Below, piece after piece: positions 1-8,212 of a stretch of DNA of 40,586 nt. Origin of the DNA: a plasmid. The position numbers and the translations under genes were made by a program. The number at the start of each line of letters is the position of its first letter. The first letter of the stretch is position 1. The notes under the pieces are model-generated. The model was not told the origin of the DNA. It ran no database searches and worked only from the letters and a program-made list of their open reading frames with translations. Location: assembly GCF_055900595.2 (NCBI RefSeq), contig NZ_JBVWEU010000005.1. One strand, written 5' to 3'.

Positions 1-3000
1 ATTAGTAGCCTCTGTGATGCTCCCTGCCGTTGCGTAACCTTCGGCCACAATCAACACCGGGGATTCTTTAAGCGCATCCAGCCCGCCAATGACATGGAAA
101 CATCCCTCTTTGCGAGCGTTTTTGGCAAAACGTTTTGTGCCATCCTCGTTGATGTACTGCATAGTCCATTGCTTACCATGGACATCATAAGCAGGAATAA
201 AGGTTTTCTGTCCGTCCTTATCAGTGAACACACCTTTATGTACCTGCAGCCCTTTCTTCTTCAGGTAAGCAGTTTGCTGCTGAGGTTCATTGAGTTTAGC
301 GAGCTGCTTTTGAACACGCTTTGCAGAGGACTCATGGTCTTTTTGCTGCTGTGCCGCTTTTTCGGCCTGTTTCTGAGCAGCCTGCGCCCGCAGGAGCGCT
401 TTTTCTTCGTCGGACATCACATTTCCTTTGGAAGACCAGCGTAACTCTTCTTTGGTGCGGTTGTTCTGCATGAAGCCTGCAGGATGGCCGTCAGTATAGA
501 TGATATAAAAACCTGACTTTTCCCCTTTCTTGTCTCCCTCTACCGTGATCCGATGCTTCTTACCATCCATAATTGGATGTTTCTGTCCTTTGTCAGTATC
601 GGCATCAAGGATGCACCCAATATCTTTCAGCGCGGTTTCTACTTCCTCCTTTAGCGTCATGGCCGGTGACTGTTCGATCACCACATTTTCCGGTTTCCAC
701 TTCGCCAGTTTTTGCATATCTGCCCCAGCTTCGGCATACCAAGTTTTTTTCTCTTTGTCCCATTTAGCACCAGCTGCTTTAGCTTCTGCGCGGTCTTTAT
801 AAGGGACAGCCAGATTCTGACGCTCACCCACTTTTGGCGTTACTTCTTTCACAGATACGACAGATGAATTTTTTTCTGCAGTTGGCCCACCAACCCATTT
901 TGCAAATTTATCCAGAGATACACCTTTTGGTACAAACCAGGTCTGTTCGGTTCGATCCCATTTTGCCCCAAGCGTTTTAGCTTCATTGCGTTCTTTGTAG
1001 GGGACATTGATTGGAGTATTTTCCTGCGCAACGTTCAGACTGAATGCCGGAAGAATTCGCCCTCCATCTTCACCAAGGAAAACCGCCTCATTATCTCCCG
1101 GTTCTGGGCCAAGCGCATCCAGAGCGCTTTTCAGTTCATCCGGGCTGTCAGCGCCCTCCATCAGGCCTTCAACACGGTCTTGATACCATTCCTGTGCTTC
1201 TCCTGGTGGGAGCACGCTAATCTCATCATCAGGCTTGATAATACCTTGCTTTAAGGCTGCTTTTTCTGCTTCAAGTGTTTGATAAAAATTGTTCTGCAGG
1301 TCATTCAGATCAACCTTACCGTTATTGATGAGACGTGAGTCATAAATTGAACGGTTATCCCCTTCGTTAACAGCGGCCAGCGCCTTAACTGCACTGTTGG
1401 TCTGCATGATTATATTCACATGCTCATTCTGACCAGGATTTTCCACAATGTTATATTTCGGCTCAGGTAGAAGTGATAATGCAAAATCAATCTCACGGTA
1501 TGCGCTCTTGATCTTGTCCTGAGCCTCATTCCAGTTTTGACTGAACGAAGAATGAAATTCCTTGTTACGCTGCCAAAAATCACTATCCTGATTGCTATTT
1601 TGAGCATCATAGAGAACGTTTCGTGACAACGTAAGCTGGCGACGGTTCATATTCTGAACGTGCTTAGAAAGACCACTATCGAGATTCGAAAGAATAAATT
1701 TCTCTGCACGATACTGGCGCTGCTGCGCTGATGTAATAGACGTTTCAATTTTAGTGGTCATATCAGCCTCTGCAGCTGCTTTTGAGTTCTCCACATTTGG
1801 GGTCGACGCCAGAAAACTGGAATTAGGCCACCAGTTTTTAGGAAACTTAACATCCTGCGGTAATTCTCGCGGGTCTCCACTGATATTTTCAATCTGACTA
1901 TGAACTTTTTTAGCGACTAAAGTTAGGTTGTTATCTATGCTGGCGAAAGCGGTTTTAAGAGCATTGCTTTGCCATTCATTATCGGATGAAAATCCCGTTC
2001 CGGGGACACGCTCATCACCGATATATGTCAATGCTTTTCCACGCCCAACCACATCAGTATGAACAGGAATAGTATTTCCATTACTGTCTTCGTAATTAAC
2101 CCGAATAGTTTCTTCGCCCAGCTCACCAGTGCCACGGCTGTAATAGGTAACGTAACCAGCTTCCTCAGCTGTCTGCTCCAGTGTCATGAATGTGAAATGA
2201 TAGAGTTGAGCTGTTTCCGCATCGAAAATCTGCGGGTTAGTCAGCCGCTGTACCTCAGCCATTACCTCATTATGCTCTTTTTCGCGCTGCTCTCTTTCCA
2301 GAGTTACCGGTTGTTCCTGTATTCTCTGTTGTTCAAGGCCCAACACAAACCCCTGGATTTTTTCAGCATCAGCTGCTGCACGGAAAATTTCCAGCGGATC
2401 ATCCTGTAAGGCTTTAATCCAGGATTTTACATAGGCAACATGCTGGGAAGGGTCATGACCTATCCCCAGTTCATCGCCAATGATCATACTGGCAATCTCT
2501 GCGCGTAGTTCTTCTCTGGCGTAACCTTCACTTCCAAAAGGATGGGACAGGTCACGATCAAGACGCGATGCGTGACCTGTCCAGTGGCTCAATTCATGAA
2601 GTGCAGTGGCATAGTAACGATCAGCACTTGGAAAGGAAGCCTGCTGCGGCAAATGAATGCTGTCTGTAGACATACGGTAAAAAGCCCGGTCTACCTGGTC
2701 ATGAGAGATTTTCGCGCCAGAGGCTTCGAGAATAGATTCAGCACGTTCAATACTGTTCCAGCTCTTATCTTGGCGAACGGCCATCGGCGGTAGACCGTCA
2801 ATCTGCTCCGCATTAAACACAACTGCGTTAAATACCTTCGGTCGCTCCAGTTGGACAGTTTCTTTTACCGGTTTATCGTCTTTATCGAGCACAACGCTAC
2901 CATCATCGTTGCGTTTGATGCGTTCCTCAGTAAATTTCCAGTATTGGATCGGCGTGCCTTTTTCGCCTCTCCTTACCTGCGCATTTGCAGCCGTCGCCTG

Positions 3001-3222
3001 CTTATAGGTCATCCAACGTTGATCGCTATACCCCTGCGCCATAAGGTGAATAGCGTTAATGCCTTTATAACGTTTACCCGTCGTAGGGTTCATAGGCAAT
3101 GCGACACCAGGAGCGCCGGGGTTCCATGGTTTCTGCCATGGAGCTGTCCCCTCTTTAAGCTGGGCTATCAGGTTTTCAGCCACAATCTCATAAAATGGTT
3201 TTTTCGCTTTAGCTTCTGCCAT
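1..3222 (-). CDS. traC: TraC-like DNA primase, N-terminal ~1074 codons (ArdC-like domain, tandem ~40-aa repeats, Toprim EGYATA motif); ORF runs off the left window edge
   Basis: Hand translation of the minus strand from ATG at 3220-3222 (SD GGAG upstream) stays open to position 1: MAEAKAKKPFYEIV..., with HELSH (HEXXH) motif and ending ...LIVAEGYATAGSITEATN. Not in the ORF track because it has no stop inside the window. Confidence 0.8.
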   Translation of the reverse strand, partial: MAEAKAKKPFYEIVAENLIAQLKEGTAPWQKPWNPGAPGVALPMNPTTGKRYKGINAIHLMAQGYSDQRWMTYKQATAANAQVRRGEKGTPIQYWKFTEERIKRNDDGSVVLDKDDKPVKETVQLERPKVFNAVVFNAEQIDGLPPMAVRQDKSWNSIERAESILEASGAKISHDQVDRAFYRMSTDSIHLPQQASFPSADRYYATALHELSHWTGHASRLDRDLSHPFGSEGYAREELRAEIASMIIGDELGIGHDPSQHVAYVKSWIKALQDDPLEIFRAAADAEKIQGFVLGLEQQRIQEQPVTLEREQREKEHNEVMAEVQRLTNPQIFDAETAQLYHFTFMTLEQTAEEAGYVTYYSRGTGELGEETIRVNYEDSNGNTIPVHTDVVGRGKALTYIGDERVPGTGFSSDNEWQSNALKTAFASIDNNLTLVAKKVHSQIENISGDPRELPQDVKFPKNWWPNSSFLASTPNVENSKAAAEADMTTKIETSITSAQQRQYRAEKFILSNLDSGLSKHVQNMNRRQLTLSRNVLYDAQNSNQDSDFWQRNKEFHSSFSQNWNEAQDKIKSAYREIDFALSLLPEPKYNIVENPGQNEHVNIIMQTNSAVKALAAVNEGDNRSIYDSRLINNGKVDLNDLQNNFYQTLEAEKAALKQGIIKPDDEISVLPPGEAQEWYQDRVEGLMEGADSPDELKSALDALGPEPGDNEAVFLGEDGGRILPAFSLNVAQENTPINVPYKERNEAKTLGAKWDRTEQTWFVPKGVSLDKFAKWVGGPTAEKNSSVVSVKEVTPKVGERQNLAVPYKDRAEAKAAGAKWDKEKKTWYAEAGADMQKLAKWKPENVVIEQSPAMTLKEEVETALKDIGCILDADTDKGQKHPIMDGKKHRITVEGDKKGEKSGFYIIYTDGHPAGFMQNNRTKEELRWSSKGNVMSDEEKALLRAQAAQKQAEKAAQQQKDHESSAKRVQKQLAKLNEPQQQTAYLKKKGLQVHKGVFTDKDGQKTFIPAYDVHGKQWTMQYINEDGTKRFAKNARKEGCFHVIGGLDALKESPVLIVAEGYATAGSITEATN

Positions 3223-3227
3223 GGCCC

Positions 3228-3413
3228 TTACTCCGCATCAAAAGCGCTTTCGTATGCGTCACGTACATTCAGCGCATCATCTTCGAATGCCCCCACAAGA
3301 TCAGCCTCATCGGGAGAAAATTCGACTACATATCCCGGTGTCATCAGATCGCGATATTTTTCCTGTATTGCGTCGTTAACATCAGGGCGAATTACTGCAT
3401 TAGTATCAGTCAT
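3228..3413 (-). CDS. small acidic protein (TraD-like position between topoisomerase and primase)
   Basis: 61-aa acidic ORF tightly packed between the two genes; position matches traD in RP4 Tra1. Weak sequence-level support. Confidence 0.4.
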   Translation of the reverse strand: MTDTNAVIRPDVNDAIQEKYRDLMTPGYVVEFSPDEADLVGAFEDDALNVRDAYESAFDAE

Positions 3414-3428
3414 ATAGTGCCTCTACAA

Positions 3429-5459
3429 TTAAGCGCGTTTTATGGGGTTATAGTTTGGACTACCTTTAATATCTGGGTACGACTCCTTACAATTGGGATA
3501 ACCACTGCAAGACCAGAAGTGACCGGATTTTTTGGACGGACGACGAATAAGTCCTTTACCACATACCTTGCATTTGTACTTGTCAGAAATTTGCACACCA
3601 CCGGCAACTTTGATAGCTCCGGCATTAATAACCTTAATCTGCTCTCGTACAAATTTTTCCTGAATCTTCACAAAAGAATCAACGTCACGTTTCCCCTGCT
3701 CTATTTCCAGTAACATACGTTCGTTGATGGCTGTCATTACCGGGCTTTTAACAAGTTCTGGCAGAATGGCTATCAGCCCCCTTCCCAGCTTGGTACTGAT
3801 AATGTCTTTGCCTTTGTTTTCAATAAAACCACGTTTCTTTAAATCAGCAACAATTGTGGCGCGGGTAGCTGATGTGCCAATACCATCACCTTCCCGCAGT
3901 AATTTTTTCTGAGCCGGGTCTTCAACATACTTATGAATATTTTCCATTGCAGTGTTGAGTGTACCGTCATTAAAACGACGCGGAGCTTTAGTTTTAGCAT
4001 CCTGCCGCTGTGCCTGAGCACAAATAATTTCGTCACCATTTCTCATTGATGGAAGAGTCTGTTCAGACTCATTTTCTTTTTCTTCTTCATCCTCTCCATC
4101 TGAATAAACATCCTTCCATCCATTTTTAGTCGTTACGCGACCACCGGCCCCAAATGTTTCACCATTAACATCAATAATAATTGATGTCGCTTTATATTCA
4201 TGTACTGGATAAAATTGAGCCAAGTATGTTCTTACGATAAGGTCGTAAATATTACGCTCTTCTGGCGTAAGCCTTTCAACGTTACCTTTGTGCATCGTTG
4301 GGATAATGCCGTGATGCGCTGTAACCTTAGAGTCATCAAAAGTTTTTGATTTTACTTTTGGATCAGCCTTATCGATTAGAGCAGCTATTCCCGGATAAGT
4401 AACCCGAAGAGAATCCAGAATTTGAGGTGCATCTGCGTGTTGAGATTCAGGCAAATAAGAACTATCAGAACGTGGATAACTGGTAAGTTTATGCGTTTCA
4501 TAAAGAGACTGGCATATAGCCAGCACTTGCTCACCAGAATAACCAAACTTACTTGAAGCAACAGCGGTGATACTGCCAAGAGAATAGGCTTTTGGATGAT
4601 ATTTTTTCTTTGGCTCTTGCTTATATTCAACAACCTTACCGGATTTTCCGGTTAAAGCCGCTACTAGCTTATCAGCTTCTTTAGTGTCAATAAGCCTTCC
4701 CTCTGAATCAAGCCCTGGCTGATCTTCTCTGGCCTGCCATGCCGCAACAAACGCTCCTTTGTCATGTTTAAAGACAGCTTTAATATTGTGATAAGGAATT
4801 GGTTTGAAGTTTTCAATTTCGAGATCGCGGGCAACAACAAGTGCCAGCGTTGGTGTCTGAACTCGCCCGACCGTCAACAGAACACGCGAGCCACCACGCG
4901 CTGCCGACAACGTGAATCCTCTTGAAAGGTTCATTCCAACCAACCAGTCAGCCCGACCACGCGCAAGAGCTGCACGTCCAAAATTTACATATTTATCGTT
5001 GTTCTCAAGTCCTTTCAACGCCCTTGTGACACTTACCGTATCATTCGCATTACACCAGTAACGCAGAACCGGTTTAGTACATCCCATGTCATCAAGGATT
5101 TCATCAACCAGTAACTGCCCCTCGCGATCTGGATCGCCAGCATTTACAATCGTGTCAGCTCGCTCAACCAAATGCTGGATGGTTTTCAGCTGTTTCTCAG
5201 CATCTTCACGAGGATTAATAATCCATTTTTCGGGGATAATTGGCAGTTCATCTTCTCGCCAGATTTTTTTACCGCTTTCATTACGAGGCACATTGTCTGG
5301 TGTATATTCATCAGGTTCAGCCTGCTCAAACATATGACCAAAACACCAAGTCACATAGTCACTGCCGCACTCAATGTAACCGTCTTTTTTATTGGTTGCG
5401 CCTAATACCTCAGCGATAGCCCTTGCAACCGTCGGTTTTTCTGCAATAAATACTCTCAT
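3429..5459 (-). CDS. traE: DNA topoisomerase III (TraE-like), with C-terminal zinc ribbon
   Basis: 676 aa; N-terminal Toprim (MRVFIAEKPTVARAIAEVLG), C-terminal CxxC...C..C; strong SD (GGGAG); position as in RP4 Tra1. Confidence 0.85.
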   Translation of the reverse strand: MRVFIAEKPTVARAIAEVLGATNKKDGYIECGSDYVTWCFGHMFEQAEPDEYTPDNVPRNESGKKIWREDELPIIPEKWIINPREDAEKQLKTIQHLVERADTIVNAGDPDREGQLLVDEILDDMGCTKPVLRYWCNANDTVSVTRALKGLENNDKYVNFGRAALARGRADWLVGMNLSRGFTLSAARGGSRVLLTVGRVQTPTLALVVARDLEIENFKPIPYHNIKAVFKHDKGAFVAAWQAREDQPGLDSEGRLIDTKEADKLVAALTGKSGKVVEYKQEPKKKYHPKAYSLGSITAVASSKFGYSGEQVLAICQSLYETHKLTSYPRSDSSYLPESQHADAPQILDSLRVTYPGIAALIDKADPKVKSKTFDDSKVTAHHGIIPTMHKGNVERLTPEERNIYDLIVRTYLAQFYPVHEYKATSIIIDVNGETFGAGGRVTTKNGWKDVYSDGEDEEEKENESEQTLPSMRNGDEIICAQAQRQDAKTKAPRRFNDGTLNTAMENIHKYVEDPAQKKLLREGDGIGTSATRATIVADLKKRGFIENKGKDIISTKLGRGLIAILPELVKSPVMTAINERMLLEIEQGKRDVDSFVKIQEKFVREQIKVINAGAIKVAGGVQISDKYKCKVCGKGLIRRPSKKSGHFWSCSGYPNCKESYPDIKGSPNYNPIKRA

Positions 5460-5566
5460 TTGATACTCCCTATTTCTGCCATAAGCACTTTAATTTCTTC
5501 ACTATCAGGGATACATGAATTAATGTTATTTAATTCACAACTGAAATCCTCATTCAAATATTCTTT

Positions 5567-6100
5567 TTACCAGGTCATTACAGGTAATATCGTAGAAATA
5601 ATCTGTGACTTTGTGACCGCGCCGAAATATCTCCCGTCAAATGAAGATGCGCTGCGGTCAGTCATCAGCAACAGTTCTGATTTACCCAACGTGTACACTT
5701 CACGAATGGCGGGCAGTTTACGCCCGCCCGGATCAACACTTAACGGCTTGCTGTAAGGCAATAACTGTCCGTTGACGTAAACACCATCATCACGAAAAGC
5801 AACTTCATCACCTTTAGCCGCTAAAATCCGCTTCATCATCTCGCCATACCCCCCTGGACAAAAGCCGCTGCCGATGTAACCACGCTTCTGTGCCAGTGAG
5901 AAAATAGCCTTTTCAGGCGGGCAGAAAATTACATAGTCGCCCTTCTCTGGCGCTTTCTGGCTGATTTTGTACAAGCCAACAGGGATACTTTTCGTGGTAT
6001 TGATGCGTAACCCGGCGGCATATCCAAAGCCACACACAACTGCACCAATCAATGAAGCCGAAATAACACCAATGGCGGCATAGCGGGTCATTTTTTTCAT
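5567..6100 (-). CDS. traF: TraF pilin-maturation peptidase (signal peptidase-like)
   Basis: 177 aa, N-terminal TM segment, 4-bp overlap with traG stop; position conserved downstream of traG. Confidence 0.75.
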   Translation of the reverse strand: MKKMTRYAAIGVISASLIGAVVCGFGYAAGLRINTTKSIPVGLYKISQKAPEKGDYVIFCPPEKAIFSLAQKRGYIGSGFCPGGYGEMMKRILAAKGDEVAFRDDGVYVNGQLLPYSKPLSVDPGGRKLPAIREVYTLGKSELLLMTDRSASSFDGRYFGAVTKSQIISTILPVMTW

Positions 6101-8040
6101 ATTGCGATAGCCTCATTACTGGCGTCATCATTCGCGGCAGCTACAGCTCGAATCCGATCGGTAACTTTTGGTGCAGGTACAGAAGCACGAAGCGAGAAAA
6201 TCTCATCTTGGAAAAACAACGGCTGTTTTCCATAGATAGCCGGAAAACCTGCCACATAAATAACCATGTCACCGCGCTCGGTAATCAGACCTTCAGCATT
6301 CTTCTTAGGTCCTGGCATACGCAGGCATTCATCCACTGTCAGAAGTGGGCGCTGTACTTCCTGAATGGTTTTGGATACTCCACCCAATATCGCACTGGCA
6401 CGTTTCCCGCTGGTTGTGATCTGCTCTTTGATAACCGTTGTCTGTCCAGTCAACTTAGAAAGGTGCTCTGCAGTCTCAGTACGGTTAGGTGGATATGCGT
6501 TCTGCACATGGCAGTTAGAGGTTATTGTTTCATCCGGCCCATAACCTGTTTCACGGCTACGCAACTGATTAATATCCTGGCAGATGAGGTAGAACTTGAT
6601 GCCATAACCTGCAAGGAAAGCCAATGATTCCTGAATGATTTCGAGTTTACCCAGACTTGGAAACTCATCGATCATTCCCAGAAGACGATGTTTGTAGGTT
6701 TTCTTTGTCTGTACTCTTTTTGTTCCCTGAACTGAAAAACCAAACGCCTGTTTAAAACGCTGCCATAACGTAAGGTTGTTATCTACACGCTCAAATTCCA
6801 TCTTGTCAGCCAGCAAACGAACAATCATGTTCAGCATGATTCGTACCAGCGGACGCAGACGAGCTTTATCATTAGGCTGAGTAACGATATACAGCGAAAC
6901 CGGATCATCATGATTCATCAGGTCTTTTATTTTAAAATGTGACTCACTGACGTTACGAGCCACAACTGGATCACGGAAAAGGGCGAGATAAGATTTTGCG
7001 GTAGACAGCACGGAACCGGCTTCTTCTTCCGGGCGGTCCATCATGTCACGACCGGCAGCCCCCACCACCGGATGATTCTCGCCATTTATGTGACTATATT
7101 GCGTCATTTCCATCCACAATTCCCCTGCCCCTCTTTCCGGGTCGGCCATGATGGAGTCAACATACGGAAGCGTTGCTGGCGTACCTTCATTTTTGTGCTT
7201 GTAAAGTACATGGAGGATCACACCGACTAAAAGCGCCTGGGATGTTTTCTGCCAGTGGTCATTTAGTCCTTTACCGTCCGGGTCAACTATCAGCGTGGCA
7301 AGATTCTGAACGTCGCCAACTTCGTTTTCAGTGCCCACACGGATTTCATCAAGAGGATTCCAAGCGACGGAACCATTAGCTGCAGCAGGTTCGAATTTCA
7401 GACACAGATTCTTGGCATATTCTTTACGCCAGCCCGCCGTCATCGCCCACAGTTCACCTTTAAGGTCAGCCACTACCGTTGAATGTTTCCAGGAAAGCAA
7501 GGTGGGAACAACCAGGCCGACACCTTTGCCAGAACGGGTAGGTGCATACGTCAGAACATGTTCCGGGCCGTTGTGACGCAGATACCGCAACTGACCGTTT
7601 TTGTCTTCCCACGCACCAACATAAACACCTTCATCATTCAGCAAACCAGCATCTCTGATATCCTGCTCATCAGCCCATCTTGCAGAGCCATGAAGATATT
7701 CGTTAGCCTTGGATGAATTTGCTTTCATCATACTTGTCAGCGCGGTCAGAACTAGGCCACCGGCAGCAACCGCCGCCCCCACACTGCCAGCAGCAAAAAA
7801 CGCATCAGGTAAGCGCTCATGCCATGCTGAATACCATTTGAAATAGGACCACGGCGCATAGATGTGATTAAAGTTCGGCCCCAACAGTTCCTGATAATTA
7901 AAGCTGTAAGCAAAATACTGTGTGGCGGCCTGAATGCCAGCCGCCAGTGAAGTTATAGCCATCGCCGGGATCAGTTTCCCTTTCGCTGCCTTCTTTTTAT
8001 TACGGACCTGCGGCCCTACGGCATTATTTGGCTTTCTCAT
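6097..8040 (-). CDS. traG: type IV coupling protein (TraG/VirD4 family ATPase)
   Basis: 647 aa, N-terminal TM segments, Walker A-like PTRSGKGVG; perfect SD AAGGAG upstream. Confidence 0.9.
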   Translation of the reverse strand: MRKPNNAVGPQVRNKKKAAKGKLIPAMAITSLAAGIQAATQYFAYSFNYQELLGPNFNHIYAPWSYFKWYSAWHERLPDAFFAAGSVGAAVAAGGLVLTALTSMMKANSSKANEYLHGSARWADEQDIRDAGLLNDEGVYVGAWEDKNGQLRYLRHNGPEHVLTYAPTRSGKGVGLVVPTLLSWKHSTVVADLKGELWAMTAGWRKEYAKNLCLKFEPAAANGSVAWNPLDEIRVGTENEVGDVQNLATLIVDPDGKGLNDHWQKTSQALLVGVILHVLYKHKNEGTPATLPYVDSIMADPERGAGELWMEMTQYSHINGENHPVVGAAGRDMMDRPEEEAGSVLSTAKSYLALFRDPVVARNVSESHFKIKDLMNHDDPVSLYIVTQPNDKARLRPLVRIMLNMIVRLLADKMEFERVDNNLTLWQRFKQAFGFSVQGTKRVQTKKTYKHRLLGMIDEFPSLGKLEIIQESLAFLAGYGIKFYLICQDINQLRSRETGYGPDETITSNCHVQNAYPPNRTETAEHLSKLTGQTTVIKEQITTSGKRASAILGGVSKTIQEVQRPLLTVDECLRMPGPKKNAEGLITERGDMVIYVAGFPAIYGKQPLFFQDEIFSLRASVPAPKVTDRIRAVAAANDDASNEAIAI

Positions 8041-8212
8041 GGACTTGCTCCTTTATGTTCCAGTCATCAGCGGTGACGTCCATCACGTTTAACAGTTGTT
8101 GAACCTTGCCTGTATTCAGGCTGGCTTCGTTTGGGTTTCCTGCCAATGCACCACCATGCCCCGTATTTAGCATGGCGAGTAACAGCCCTAATTCTTCGGA
8201 ATTTTGTTTCAT
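8024..8212 (-). CDS. small Gly-rich ORF bridging the traI stop and traG start
   Basis: 62-aa ORF; its start overlaps the traI stop and its end overlaps the traG start. Could be real (translational coupling) or chance. Confidence 0.25.
   Translation of the reverse strand: MKQNSEELGLLLAMLNTGHGGALAGNPNEASLNTGKVQQLLNVMDVTADDWNIKEQVHEKAK

Noticed and set aside
94-3417. Plus-strand ORFs 94..444, 530..802, 2059..2409, 2542..2793, 2851..3417
   Set aside because: They lie antisense within the long minus-strand primase reading frame, which translates into a continuous protein with recognisable motifs; most likely shadow ORFs.
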